Shown here: positions 9,722 to 19,729 of the stretch, piece after piece
Position numbering within the stretch: the first letter of the stretch is position 1
Layout: each line of letters starts with the position of its first letter
The notes under the pieces: generated by a model
Told to the model about the DNA's origin: nothing
Databases searched by the model: none
The model's input: only the letters and a program-made list of their open reading frames with translations
Source of the DNA: an uncultured beta proteobacterium
GTDB lineage: Bacteria > Pseudomonadota > Gammaproteobacteria > Burkholderiales > Burkholderiaceae_C
NCBI GenBank assembly: GCA_903885585.1
Contig: CAISJH010000500.1
Coordinates: 22,039-86,038 of the forward strand
Direction of reading: 5' to 3'
Length of the DNA stretch: 64,000 nucleotides
Made by a program: the position numbers and the translations under genes

Positions 9722-11833
9722 ATGCACATCATTCGAAATGTCGAATCCATCTCGCAACTGCGGGACATTCGTCAAACGGCCGAGCAGCAAGGTCTGCGCA
9801 TGGTCTACCTGGGCGACCGAAGCATCCGCCTGGTCAAGGACAACCTGCTGGAGAAAGGTCTGGCCCAGATCAGCGGTCAGTTGAAGCGAGAGAACCACCG
9901 TCTGGACGCATTCGTCAACCAGATTCGTCGCCAGGAATCGCTGCAGCGCGGCCAGCCTCTGCCTGACCGACAAACCCGGATCCAGCTCCTCGTCGGCCAG
10001 CCGATTGCAGCGCACGTGGCCGTGCGCTTCATGGGCGAAGTCGCCCCGGGTGCAGGTCGTGCGAGCCCGTCACAGGCCCAGTTCGACCATGCCGGGCGGT
10101 TTCTGGGCCTGTCGACGCAAGGGCGTGCGTTGTCCGAGCTGGAACTCGCCGACATCGAGGACTCGGTGCAGGCGAAGAACTCTGCGCATGCGCGTGAAAC
10201 CGCGCGCGTTGATCGCGAGATCTTGCTGGACATGATGTTCGCGCTGGACACCAACCAGCCGGCGTCCAACCCAGAGCAGTCGAAGGTGATGGAAGCGGCG
10301 ATGCGCCAATGCCGGCAAGGCTGGCTGCGCTTCGATCCACAACCACAAGCCTCGGGAAACCTTCTGCGCAGCGTGGCCAAACAGTTCCAGGCGGTGGGCC
10401 TGGCGGACCTGGCCCAGAAGGCGACGGCACTTGCCCGAGAGGCCGACATCCCCAAACACAGCACCCAACTGCATGACAACGCCTTCGGGCGGGAGTTTGA
10501 AACCCGCCTCGTCGACCAGCTGGTCGATCAGCCGCCGGCGGCGGCTTTACGGGCCGCTCATGCCACGGGCCAGTACCTTCACCAGCAGCTTCAAGCCATG
10601 ACCGCGGACGAAAGCGCCCAGGCCCTGACGGATGTAGCCAGTGCCTTGCGCAGCGATCACCGCCCCTGGACGTCCGAGGTGGCCGAGTTGGCGGCCTTCC
10701 TGGAGCATCCGACCCTGGACAACTATCGTCAGCTGATGACACCACAAGCCATGACGGGCTACCACCTGATGGCCACGACGCTGGTAGGCGTGAAGACCGC
10801 GCTGGCCATGGCGCAAGACACCCCGTGGATCATGCAGGCCAATGACAACTACCTGCAGGTGGTGACGGTGGCCCGATCGGCCGCCCCTACGGCGCTGGGG
10901 GAAGGTGTCAGGCTGGTACCGGCTGCCCTGCCTCGATTCGCCGGGGACGTGGAGGCCTTGCTCAAGAGCCAGGTACAGCGTGTGGGCGTAGCCAGTGCCG
11001 AGGCTGTTCAACTCAGGGAACACCACGACGCACTGCGCCAGGCACTGAAGGATCCCACCTTGGACCTGCGCACCGTGGGTGATCTGCGCGCGTGGCTGCT
11101 CGATCTGAAGCAAGCCCACGCCGGAGTCCAAGGCCTTGATGCGCTGATCGACCAGGTGTCAGCCGCCCACGCCGGCGATGAAGGCGACGCGATTTTGGAA
11201 AAGGTCGAGGAGCGACTGAGCAAGGCGGACACGGATCACCTGGCAGGGTCCGGCGCCAAGTTTGTCGCCGCGCAGAGCACCCGCCACGGCATTGGCTTGC
11301 CGCACCAGGCGGAAACCCAGAGGCACCCCGAATGGCAACCCGGGCGCTACATCGCCGCAGGCCTGAGCCCTGCGGCTGCCGACCAGATCAAAGCCTTCGA
11401 TCAGGCCCTGCAGCAACGGGAGCAGAACGCGGTGGTGGGCCCTTCGGGTAACACCAACATCATGACCTTTCTGTATCAGCAGATCGCCCAGGAGCAACCC
11501 GACTTCTCGGTCAGCGATGGCTTGATCGGCACCCTGGCCTACCTGACGTTTGACGGCGGCCATTCACTGGCCGACACCTTGTCGACCTTCCGCGCCATTC
11601 GCTCGGACCCCCGGGACACCCGCAACCCGGACACCAACGGCAACATGCCCGACAGGGATGCCATCCTGGCGACCCGGGCACAGGCCTTGAAGGACCAGAT
11701 CCTCGACTACACAGAGTTCACGACCATTTTCGAGAACCCGGGCGCTCGGCAAGCCCTTGAAAGTGCTGTGCAAACGGCGTTCTCGCAAACCCGGGACAGC
11801 TTCAACCAGGTGCATGCCCAGCGCCTGGCATGA
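9722..11833 (+). CDS. Putative T3SS effector, paralog of 20754..23000
   Basis: Shares HDNxFGRxFE, RPW, GxSGxTN and DGGHS motifs and the N-terminus with the 748-aa ORF; starts 23 nt after the kinase-like gene. Confidence 0.7.
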   Translation: MHIIRNVESISQLRDIRQTAEQQGLRMVYLGDRSIRLVKDNLLEKGLAQISGQLKRENHRLDAFVNQIRRQESLQRGQPLPDRQTRIQLLVGQPIAAHVAVRFMGEVAPGAGRASPSQAQFDHAGRFLGLSTQGRALSELELADIEDSVQAKNSAHARETARVDREILLDMMFALDTNQPASNPEQSKVMEAAMRQCRQGWLRFDPQPQASGNLLRSVAKQFQAVGLADLAQKATALAREADIPKHSTQLHDNAFGREFETRLVDQLVDQPPAAALRAAHATGQYLHQQLQAMTADESAQALTDVASALRSDHRPWTSEVAELAAFLEHPTLDNYRQLMTPQAMTGYHLMATTLVGVKTALAMAQDTPWIMQANDNYLQVVTVARSAAPTALGEGVRLVPAALPRFAGDVEALLKSQVQRVGVASAEAVQLREHHDALRQALKDPTLDLRTVGDLRAWLLDLKQAHAGVQGLDALIDQVSAAHAGDEGDAILEKVEERLSKADTDHLAGSGAKFVAAQSTRHGIGLPHQAETQRHPEWQPGRYIAAGLSPAAADQIKAFDQALQQREQNAVVGPSGNTNIMTFLYQQIAQEQPDFSVSDGLIGTLAYLTFDGGHSLADTLSTFRAIRSDPRDTRNPDTNGNMPDRDAILATRAQALKDQILDYTEFTTIFENPGARQALESAVQTAFSQTRDSFNQVHAQRLA

Positions 11834-11870
11834 GCGCCCGTGCGGGCCAGCACGCGTGCCGTGTCACACC

Positions 11871-11926
11871 TGTTGGCGCTGACTGAATATTGACCCCCGT
11901 GGGTCAAAGTTCGGTCGGCACGGACA
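11871..11926. mobile_element. Collapsed IS21-family-like element: two terminal inverted repeats abutted, no transposase
   Basis: TGTTGGCGCTGACTGAATATTGACCCCC joined to GTGGGTCAAAGTTCGGTCGGCACGGACA; arms match 20/28; TG...CA ends and TTGACCC motif typical of IS21 ends. Confidence 0.6.
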
Positions 11927-11947
11927 GGCCTGGTGACTTCAACGGGA

Positions 11948-13000
11948 TCAGTACCCGGCATCAGCGTAGGGATTGGGGGCACTGCTGCGGTACACCAACA
12001 AGGTTCGTTGGAATCGCACCACCACCTGCCCACGCTGATTGCAGGCTTCAGTACGTACGGTGGCAATGCCCTCGTCTGGGCGCGAACCCGATGCACGAGT
12101 TTCCAAAATGGTGGACTGCGACTGCAGCGTATCGCCGATCTGCACGTCCTCCAAGAACTCGATGTCGGTCCAGCCCAGATTGGCAGTGACCCGCCCCAGC
12201 GTTCGTGTGCTGGCAGCGGCTGCCAGCGTCAGAACCCAAGTCTCGGGAACTGCCGGACGCCCGACCAAAAGCTCCGCCTGGAGAGACAAGTCATGCAAGA
12301 TGGGCTGCATCTCCAAGGAGCGCAACACTCGACGTGTCGTCTCCTCGGCGTAGAGGCTTCTACGGGGCCAGTGGACGAATGATTCTCCTGGCGCCAGGTC
12401 TTCGAAGTACAAGCCCACCTGCTCCACCCAGGCTTCGTCATCTCTGAGGTGGTGGCTGGCGAACCGCGGATCGGTGGCAGGTGAACAACCTGGAGGAAGC
12501 AGGTCCGGCCCGCAATCGCGATTCCACATGTCGATGTGGTACACCAATTCGGCCACCACCTGTCCGTGCTGATTCAGCCCAACAGTACGCAAGTGAACCG
12601 GTGTGGTCTGCGCCTGCGCTGGGCCCACGGCCAACACTTCACTCTCGGCGTAAAGAGTGTCTCCACCGAAGACAGGCTTCTTCATTGCCACCGAGTCCAT
12701 GCGCGAGATACGTCGCCGCCGACCCAGCGACTTGGAACCCATGCCAATGAGTCTTTGCAGGGTCAGGGTGCTCACCACCAGAGGCCGCTTCCAGCTGGTG
12801 TGCGAGGCATAGGCTTCGTCGTAATGGACCATGGCCGAGTTGATCGAGTCCAGCGCCTCATCGACGTTTTCCTGCTGGCTCATGGTGATGCCCGGACGGT
12901 GTGCGATGCGCAGGCCGGGATAGAGCTCGTCAGGAGCAAGTCCAAAGCGTTCGTGAAGGAGACCCTCAGGTCCTTGGAAGTAGGCGGTTGGCAGCTTCAT
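11948..13000 (-). CDS. Double MaoC (hot-dog fold) acyl-CoA hydratase/dehydratase
   Basis: Two MaoC units: PVFGGDTLYAESEVL and GLYFEDL...VQIGDTLQSQSTIL...NQRGQVV. Confidence 0.85.
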   Translation of the reverse strand: MKLPTAYFQGPEGLLHERFGLAPDELYPGLRIAHRPGITMSQQENVDEALDSINSAMVHYDEAYASHTSWKRPLVVSTLTLQRLIGMGSKSLGRRRRISRMDSVAMKKPVFGGDTLYAESEVLAVGPAQAQTTPVHLRTVGLNQHGQVVAELVYHIDMWNRDCGPDLLPPGCSPATDPRFASHHLRDDEAWVEQVGLYFEDLAPGESFVHWPRRSLYAEETTRRVLRSLEMQPILHDLSLQAELLVGRPAVPETWVLTLAAAASTRTLGRVTANLGWTDIEFLEDVQIGDTLQSQSTILETRASGSRPDEGIATVRTEACNQRGQVVVRFQRTLLVYRSSAPNPYADAGY

Positions 13001-13851
13001 GTTGGCAGGAGAGCAAGGACAGCCCGGGCGCGGTCGACCAAAGGTGTGTCCACCATCTGCCCATCAACCTGGATAGCGCCACCGCCGGCACTTTGATGCG
13101 CATGGAGGACACGCCTCGCCCATTGGAGCTCAGCCTCCGCAGGGGCGAATGCGTGCAGGATGGCCTTGACCTGTCGTGGGTGGATGGCGAACTTTCCGTG
13201 GAAGCCCTCTGTACGCGCGACCCAGCAATCCCGCCTCAATGGTTCGTCATCATCCAGAGCCAGGGTGGGAACATCCAGCCTCATCACCGGGCAAGCGGCG
13301 CTTTCGAGCACAAAGCTTCGTCGGGCTTGATGCAGAGTTGGCGAATCCATGGCAACGCCAATCTCGGCAGCAAAATCTGCGGCGCCAAAGCCCACCGCGG
13401 CCAAGCTAGTGCATTCGCGGAGCATCTCGCCCATGCTATGCAGGCCACGAGTTGACTCAATCAACGCACACAACTGCCAGGCGGGCAAGGCGTGGGCGAG
13501 CTGGGCCTCCAGCCACAGCAGCTCTCCCACACTGTCAGCCTTTGGGACGAGCAGCATCCCCTTGCGTGGTAGACCATCGAGGCGCAGAAGCGTGGACAAG
13601 TCGAGCAGCGCTTCTCGGCTTCGCAGTGCGTTGATCCGGATCGCTGGCAAGGGCTGCGCCAGCAGACCCTCTACGGTCCTGAGCCAGGCGGTGGCACTGT
13701 TTCGCGCCTGCTCCTTCAGCGTGTCTGGGACACCGTCCTCGAGATCCAGGATGACTGCAGAGGCGCCACTGGCCCACGCCTTCTCAAAGCGTTCCGGTCT
13801 GTGTGCAGGGCAGAAGAGCCAGGCTGGTCCAACAGAGGGAACTGCTGTCAT
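12997..13851 (-). CDS. CitE/HpcH-family CoA ester lyase
   Basis: WLFCPA, ILDLEDGV, IRIN, LIES, FGAADF, GKFAIHPRQV and DGQMVD; GAGG RBS before ATG 13851. Confidence 0.88.
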   Translation of the reverse strand: MTAVPSVGPAWLFCPAHRPERFEKAWASGASAVILDLEDGVPDTLKEQARNSATAWLRTVEGLLAQPLPAIRINALRSREALLDLSTLLRLDGLPRKGMLLVPKADSVGELLWLEAQLAHALPAWQLCALIESTRGLHSMGEMLRECTSLAAVGFGAADFAAEIGVAMDSPTLHQARRSFVLESAACPVMRLDVPTLALDDDEPLRRDCWVARTEGFHGKFAIHPRQVKAILHAFAPAEAELQWARRVLHAHQSAGGGAIQVDGQMVDTPLVDRARAVLALLPT

Positions 13852-13891
13852 GTCAGCCACCTCAACGGGTGCGGGTTGCGGGCGCAGCCTC

Positions 13892-14629
13892 TCAGCGAAC
13901 CAGTTCGCGACGCAGGGTTGAGGTGATCGTGTACCGACCTTCGGGAGAGACACTGGTGGACATCACCAGCAGTTCGCCGCCAGGCAATCGGTACCACCTC
14001 CGCGTGCGAAGGGCAGGCACCCCGATGCGGCATTGCAGCGCTTGCGCAGCCTCTCGGTCCAGGCGGCAAACCTCGACCTCCTGCACGATCTCGTGAACCA
14101 ACTGGCCTCGCTGCAAAGCCAGCGCCTCGGGCAGCGATCCTCTCAGACCGTCCAGGGAGTCCACTGCGTCGGCGTACAGCGCTGGTACCAAGTGAACACT
14201 GTAGATCGCGGGCACTTGATGGCGCTCGCCGCGTACCCCCGCCAGTCGGACGAAGCGCTGGCCGACTGGAAGGCGGTGAACCGCGGCTTGATCCGTGTCG
14301 ACCAGCAACTCTGTCGTGGCCAGGGTCTGGAACGGCAAGTCGCGGGTGAACTGCAGCAGGCTGTCGATTGAATCCCCCGCCAAGGTAAATCCTGCGCGAC
14401 TCTCCCTGGCTTCGACTCGAGTACCCAGACGAGGGCGACGAGACACAAGCCCGCGGGCCTGCAATTCGCGCAAAGCACCGCGAACGGTGGTTCGGCTCAG
14501 CGCGAACTGCAGAGCCAGTTGTTCTTCTGTGGGCAAATACTCGCCGACCCTGTAGCGCCCTTGCTCGATACCGTCGATCAGATGCCGGGCCAACAGTTGG
14601 TACTGGGCTGTGCCGGGCTGCTTGGTCAT
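13892..14629 (-). CDS. GntR-family regulator (HutC/UTRA type)
   Basis: LPTEEQLALQFALSRTTVRGALRELQARGLV HTH; UTRA-like C-terminus. Confidence 0.9.
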   Translation of the reverse strand: MTKQPGTAQYQLLARHLIDGIEQGRYRVGEYLPTEEQLALQFALSRTTVRGALRELQARGLVSRRPRLGTRVEARESRAGFTLAGDSIDSLLQFTRDLPFQTLATTELLVDTDQAAVHRLPVGQRFVRLAGVRGERHQVPAIYSVHLVPALYADAVDSLDGLRGSLPEALALQRGQLVHEIVQEVEVCRLDREAAQALQCRIGVPALRTRRWYRLPGGELLVMSTSVSPEGRYTITSTLRRELVR

Positions 14630-14635
14630 GGCTCA

Positions 14636-15919
14636 TCATAGGACGCCCTGCTCACGAAGCAGCGCGATGTCGGCCTCGGTAAGCCCTAGCTCTGCGAGTA
14701 TGGCGGCCGTGTCCGCTCCACGCGCAGGGGCGGCACGCACAGCGGGCTCCGGCTTGCTGTAGCGCAGAGGGCTTCGCAGAAGTTGAAGGTACTGGCCGGC
14801 GGACAGCGGCACCGAGGCGATACCGCCTCTGTCTATCGCATCGGGTGACCGGAGTGCCTCGGCCACCGATCGAACCGGAGCTGCTGGTACGGCTCCGCCC
14901 ATCACCGTCATCCAATGGGTCGTGGTGTGCTGAACCAGGATCGCGTCGAGTTCCTGGGTAAGCAAATCGCGGTTCAGAAGGCGCTGCGGATAGCCAGTGA
15001 ACTCCGGGCGTACCAACAAGTCGGGCCTGCCAATACGCTCACACAGCGCTTGCCAGAACTTCTCCTTGTTGCACATGAGATAGATCCAGCCGTCCGCGGT
15101 GGTGAAGAGCTGACAAGGGGTCAGCGAGGGGTGCGCGGAGCGCGGCTGTCGAGTGGTCTCATCTGCGGCGTTGAGTTGCCATGTGCCGACATAGTTCAAG
15201 TTGAACATGGCCACGTCGAACAGCGACACGTCGACATCACAGCCCACGCCTGTGCGGGCAGCGTCATAGACCGCAGCGACAGTACCGAGTGCCATCACGA
15301 CACCCGTCATGTAATCGATCACCGAAAGACCCATTCGGGCCGGTGGACTGCCCGGCTCCCCGGTGAGGCTGAAGTAGCCGGCCTCAGCCTGCATCAGATA
15401 GTCATAGCCAGGCCACGAGGCACGTTTTCCCTCGCGGCCATAGCCGGTCAGGTGGGCGCAGACCAGCGCAGAGTTGTGCTCCTTTAGTTGTTCATAGGTG
15501 AGCCCCAGACGAACTGGGACATCGCCTCTCAGATTGCTGACTACCGCATGCGCTCCCTCGCAGAGGCGATGGAACAAGGCTCTGCCTCGCGGATCACGCA
15601 AGCTCAAGGACAGGCTCTTCTTGCCTGCGTTCAGGCTCTGAAAGAAAAGGCTCCTGGCGCCTTCAGGGAGTTCGTCCATGAAGTGGGGACCCACCGAGCG
15701 CGAGATGTCTCCCCCGTCCTCAGGTGACTCGATCTTGATGACCTCTGCCCCCAGTCCCGAGAGGAACTGGCTCCCGAACGGACCTGCCCCGTACTGTTCA
15801 ACGGCAAGGATGCGTACACCATGCAAGAGGCCCGGCGCCAACGCTGCATGTCCTCCAGATTCACTAGCTGGGTGCTGCTGCAGGCCTGCACCTGCATTTT
15901 GACTTGTCGCTTTTGTCAT
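14636..15919 (-). CDS. CaiB/BaiF family III CoA-transferase
   Basis: LHGVRILAVEQYGAGPF, LGAEVIKIE, NAGKKS and GYDYLMQAEAG. Confidence 0.9.
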   Translation of the reverse strand: MTKATSQNAGAGLQQHPASESGGHAALAPGLLHGVRILAVEQYGAGPFGSQFLSGLGAEVIKIESPEDGGDISRSVGPHFMDELPEGARSLFFQSLNAGKKSLSLSLRDPRGRALFHRLCEGAHAVVSNLRGDVPVRLGLTYEQLKEHNSALVCAHLTGYGREGKRASWPGYDYLMQAEAGYFSLTGEPGSPPARMGLSVIDYMTGVVMALGTVAAVYDAARTGVGCDVDVSLFDVAMFNLNYVGTWQLNAADETTRQPRSAHPSLTPCQLFTTADGWIYLMCNKEKFWQALCERIGRPDLLVRPEFTGYPQRLLNRDLLTQELDAILVQHTTTHWMTVMGGAVPAAPVRSVAEALRSPDAIDRGGIASVPLSAGQYLQLLRSPLRYSKPEPAVRAAPARGADTAAILAELGLTEADIALLREQGVL

Positions 15920-15931
15920 TTGTCGTAACAA
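15920..15931. promoter_or_regulatory. Possible GntR operator in divergent promoter
   Basis: TTGT-CGTA-ACAA palindrome between the CoA-transferase and Bug genes. Confidence 0.35.
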
Positions 15932-15959
15932 TACCTCAAATACCCGCCCACCTCAACCC

Positions 15960-16994
15960 ATGCAACGAGTCCAGCCAGCCAACGCGGGCGCAGCCACGGC
16001 ATGCATCAGCCGTCGGGCTCTTGCAACCGCTCTCGTAAGCCATTGGCTGAGCAAAGGCGCTCACGCAGCCGTACATGCGGGCGCAGAGAAAGTGCGCTTT
16101 CCAACCCGCCCGGTGCGATTGCTGGTCCCCTTCGCTGCCGGGCAAGGCTCGGACCTCCTGGCTCGCACGCTGGGATCCGGCCTGGCTTCGTCATGGGGCC
16201 AGTCTGTAGTGGTCGACAACCGCCCTGGTGCAAACGGCACTCTCGCAGTCCAGGAGCTGCTGCGGAGCCCCAACGACGGCCATGCACTCCTGGTTAGCTC
16301 CAACGCGCCAATCGTCATCAATCCAAGCCTCTACCGCCGTTTGCCTTACAGGCCCGCCGACCTGCAACCTCTGGTGCCGTTGGCAAGAGCCAGCTTGGCC
16401 GTCGTCGTGAACTCGGCATTGGGCGTGCGCTCTCTCGGCGAGCTGATCGCACTGCTCAAGTCGCGCCCTGGCAAGTTCAGCTACGGCTCACCAGGCCAGG
16501 GCTCGACCAGCCACATGGTCACCACCCTGTTTGCACAGGCCATCGGGGCCGACTTGACACATGTGCCCTACAAGGGCAGCGGTGCCGCCTTGACCGACCT
16601 CATTGGCGGTCAGTTGCACTTGATGATCGACGCACTGCCCAGTTGCCTGCCTCACGTGCGCAGTGGCCGCCTGATCGCGCTGGCGGTAACGGGCGAAAAG
16701 TCGTCGATCCATCTGCCGCAGGTACCGACCTGCGCTTCGCAAGGCGTGCACGGCCTCCCCGCTGGCGGGTGGTACGGCGCGTTCGCACGTGCTTCGATCG
16801 ACCCCAACCTTGGCGTGCAGATCTCAGGCAGCTTGCGCGAAGTCGTTGCACTAGCCGGCTTCACGGCGCGCGCAAACGAGCAGGCATTCGAACCGCTGGA
16901 GATGACACCCACCGGGTTCCAGCAGCTCGTGCACGACGACAGTGCCTTCTGGAAGCTGACCACTCGACGCCTGAACTTGTACCAACTGGAGTGA
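15960..16994 (+). CDS. Bug/TctC tripartite tricarboxylate transporter substrate-binding protein
   Basis: FPTRPVRLLVPFAAGQGSDLLAR, VVVDNRPGANG and HVPYKGSG. Confidence 0.9.
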   Translation: MQRVQPANAGAATACISRRALATALVSHWLSKGAHAAVHAGAEKVRFPTRPVRLLVPFAAGQGSDLLARTLGSGLASSWGQSVVVDNRPGANGTLAVQELLRSPNDGHALLVSSNAPIVINPSLYRRLPYRPADLQPLVPLARASLAVVVNSALGVRSLGELIALLKSRPGKFSYGSPGQGSTSHMVTTLFAQAIGADLTHVPYKGSGAALTDLIGGQLHLMIDALPSCLPHVRSGRLIALAVTGEKSSIHLPQVPTCASQGVHGLPAGGWYGAFARASIDPNLGVQISGSLREVVALAGFTARANEQAFEPLEMTPTGFQQLVHDDSAFWKLTTRRLNLYQLE

Positions 16995-17074
16995 AGCATC
17001 ACCCCGACACCCAGCGCAAGACAGGCATCACACGCCCCAAGTCGCCACCCTCAAATCACATCAAGGAGACCGTC

Positions 17075-19294
17075 ATGAGAATCCGCCCCACCCTGAGATC
17101 CACAACGGCCTTGTCCCTGGCCATGTTGGGAGCGCCCCTGTGGGCGCAGCAACCTGCCAAGCCGGCCGCCGAGCAGGAGGAAGGAAAGCCTCAGGAAATC
17201 GTCGTCACGGCGCTGCGGCGCAGCGAGAGCCTGCAACGAGTGCCAGCAGCAGTTTCAGCCATCACGGCCGAGCAACTCAGCAAGGCCGGCATCCAGAGCT
17301 TGGGCGATGTCTCGACCCGCACCCCGAGCTTCGTCATCGGACAACAAGGTCCGGCTTCACCTGACATGAGCATTCGGGGCATTGGTTCCACAGACCGGGA
17401 CGCAGGCTCGGATCGTTCAGTTGTGGTTTTCCTTGACGAGGTGTACGCAGGCCGTGCAGGGGGTATTCCGCCAGATCTGTTCGATCTCGAGCGCGTCGAG
17501 GTACTGCGCGGACCACAAGGCACGCTTTACGGCAAGAACGCGGTTGGCGGCGCCGTCAATCTCATATCCCGCAAGCCGACGCACAAGGCCAGCGCGTCAG
17601 GCGAACTCACCGTGGGCACCGACAGTTTGGTCGAGGCCAAAGGTGCTGCCGGCGGCTCGCTAGCCGAAAACCTGGCCGGACGGCTGGCGTTCTCCAGCAA
17701 GTCGCGCGGTCCCATGTACGAAAACCGATTCCTGAATGCAGAGTCTGACAACTACAAGTTGAACGCTGTGCGTGGCCAGTTGCGCTGGACGCCGTCAGAC
17801 GCCTGGGACGTGACGCTTTCGGCTGACCAATCCAGGGATAAGGTCGACGGCATCTCCACCTTCGTCAACCCCAAAACTGACGCGCTGCTGGCCATCGGTT
17901 TCGACCCAGGCAGCGATGGCTTCATCAGCTACAACAACGTGCTTGGCTTCATGGACCGCGAGATCAGTGGCGTCCACCTTCGCGTCGAGCGCGAGTTCAA
18001 TGCCGGTACGCTGACCGCCTTGACCGGCTGGCGCTCGCTGGACTTGGCCGAGACGCGTGATCTCGCGGGTGTGCCGCTTCGGCCCATTGCAGCCGGCATC
18101 CGCGGCTTCGAGTCCACACAGATCATGACCGAGCAGTCGACCTCGGTCTCGCAGGAATTGCGCTTCACCTCCAAGCGCCGCGGGTCATGGAGCTACATCA
18201 CCGGCGTGTACTACCAACAGGAAGACACCGATCGCGTAGAGGAGCGCAAACGGCAACTCAACACTGCAGTCTCCCGGCCAGTATTCACGCAAGGGGCGCA
18301 GACCACTTCTCATGCGGTATTCGGACAGGCCACTTGGCAGGCCAATCCAGCGATGGCAATCACGGTGGGCGGCCGCTACACCCGTGACGAGCGCGACTTC
18401 GCATTGAAGGTCACCAACCCCTTCGGCCTGGCCTCGCTGAGTCCGGCCACGCAACTCTTCGACGTGACAGCCAACCAGTCGTGGTCAGCCTTCACGCCAA
18501 AGGCCACTGTAGATCTGACGCTCGCGCCCGACGCGATGGGATATCTGACCGTGGGTCGCGGCTTCAAGAGCGGGGGCTTCCAAGGTCTGGCCGCCACTGC
18601 GGCCGCAGCGCGCACACCCTTCAATCCGGAGTTCGCCACCAGCCACGAGCTGGGCTTGAAGTCGCGGTGGTTGAACCGACGCCTGACACTCAACGCCTCG
18701 GCGTTCATGACCGACTTCACCGACCTGCAATTCCGCCAGCGCATCCTGACGATTCCGAACGATCAGGCCTCTGCCATCGTCGTGGTCGCCAACGCCGGCA
18801 CCGCCCGCATCAAGGGCGCCGAGGTCGAAGCCGGCTGGGCGCCCAGCAAGTGGCAGAACTACACCTTGGCGTACTCTTACCTCGACACCTTGATCACCAG
18901 CTTCAACGCCACACCGGGGGTGGCGAACGTCAACGGTCTGGAACTGGCCAGGTCGCCACGCCACACGGTGAATGCGGCGGTAGACCTTTCCATGCCCGTA
19001 GGTGCATACGTTCTGGGAGGGCGCGTGGACTATCGATATCGCTCGAGCTTCTGGTTCGAGCCCAGCACCGACCTGGCCCTGTTCGAACGCGGTTATGGCC
19101 TTGTGGATGCCCGCGTGTCGCTGGCGGCGGCAGGCAGCAAGTGGAGTGTGGAACTCTGGGGGCGCAATCTCACCGATCAGCGCTACCGGACCTTCGCCCA
19201 GGCCATCGGCTTCGCTACGGCAGGAGTAAGTGCCGCCACCTCTCGCACGGGTGATCCGCGCACGGTAGGCGTCACACTGCGCTGGAGCATGTAG
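17075..19294 (+). CDS. TonB-dependent receptor
   Basis: Signal peptide, EIVVTALRR TonB box, ERVEVLRGPQGTLYGKNAVGGAVNL and a beta-barrel C-terminus; AAGGAG RBS before ATG 17075. Confidence 0.92.
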   Translation: MRIRPTLRSTTALSLAMLGAPLWAQQPAKPAAEQEEGKPQEIVVTALRRSESLQRVPAAVSAITAEQLSKAGIQSLGDVSTRTPSFVIGQQGPASPDMSIRGIGSTDRDAGSDRSVVVFLDEVYAGRAGGIPPDLFDLERVEVLRGPQGTLYGKNAVGGAVNLISRKPTHKASASGELTVGTDSLVEAKGAAGGSLAENLAGRLAFSSKSRGPMYENRFLNAESDNYKLNAVRGQLRWTPSDAWDVTLSADQSRDKVDGISTFVNPKTDALLAIGFDPGSDGFISYNNVLGFMDREISGVHLRVEREFNAGTLTALTGWRSLDLAETRDLAGVPLRPIAAGIRGFESTQIMTEQSTSVSQELRFTSKRRGSWSYITGVYYQQEDTDRVEERKRQLNTAVSRPVFTQGAQTTSHAVFGQATWQANPAMAITVGGRYTRDERDFALKVTNPFGLASLSPATQLFDVTANQSWSAFTPKATVDLTLAPDAMGYLTVGRGFKSGGFQGLAATAAAARTPFNPEFATSHELGLKSRWLNRRLTLNASAFMTDFTDLQFRQRILTIPNDQASAIVVVANAGTARIKGAEVEAGWAPSKWQNYTLAYSYLDTLITSFNATPGVANVNGLELARSPRHTVNAAVDLSMPVGAYVLGGRVDYRYRSSFWFEPSTDLALFERGYGLVDARVSLAAAGSKWSVELWGRNLTDQRYRTFAQAIGFATAGVSAATSRTGDPRTVGVTLRWSM

Positions 19295-19629
19295 TCCACC
19301 CCACCTTTTGGGCTGGCCCGGTAGCGCCTGCGCGTAGGCACCCAGTTCATGCCGTCGCGCTGCCAGTGATTTCAGCAGTCGGCTGTTGCCGGGCAGCAGC
19401 CGGTTCAGGCGAGCGAACTGACGCCGGCCACCGCGGCAACAAGGATGCGCAGGCTGCGAGAGCGACCGACCTGCTGACCCAGACCGCACGGACCCACGCC
19501 GAGCAGCCGCTGAGCGAATACGGGGTGCCCAGTGCCGGCACCACGATGCGGCTGCTGGCCCAGTCGCCGGACAGCGAATCCACCGCCTGAGATTGCGCCG
19601 CGCTCAGCTTGGGCTCGCGACCGCTGGCG

Positions 19630-19727
19630 CCAGGGGCGCGTAGCGGGCTGGAAGCCCCACGCGCCTTTCTAGAACGCCCGGCGGCACGCATGTCCGTCGC
19701 GCCGACGCTCAAGTGATCAAGGGTCAT
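19630..19727 (-). pseudogene. Degenerate 5' fragment of a VOC/glyoxalase gene
   Basis: MTLDHLSVGATDMRAA, then a shifted frame reads AF*KGAWGF (compare DHxSxGxxDxxxAxxFY...GF); end coordinate approximate. Confidence 0.35.
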
Positions 19728-19729
19728 CG

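Noticed and set aside
16643-17074. N-terminal extension of the TonB receptor ORF (883-aa call)
   Set aside because: Overlaps the Bug gene; RBS and signal peptide support ATG 17075.
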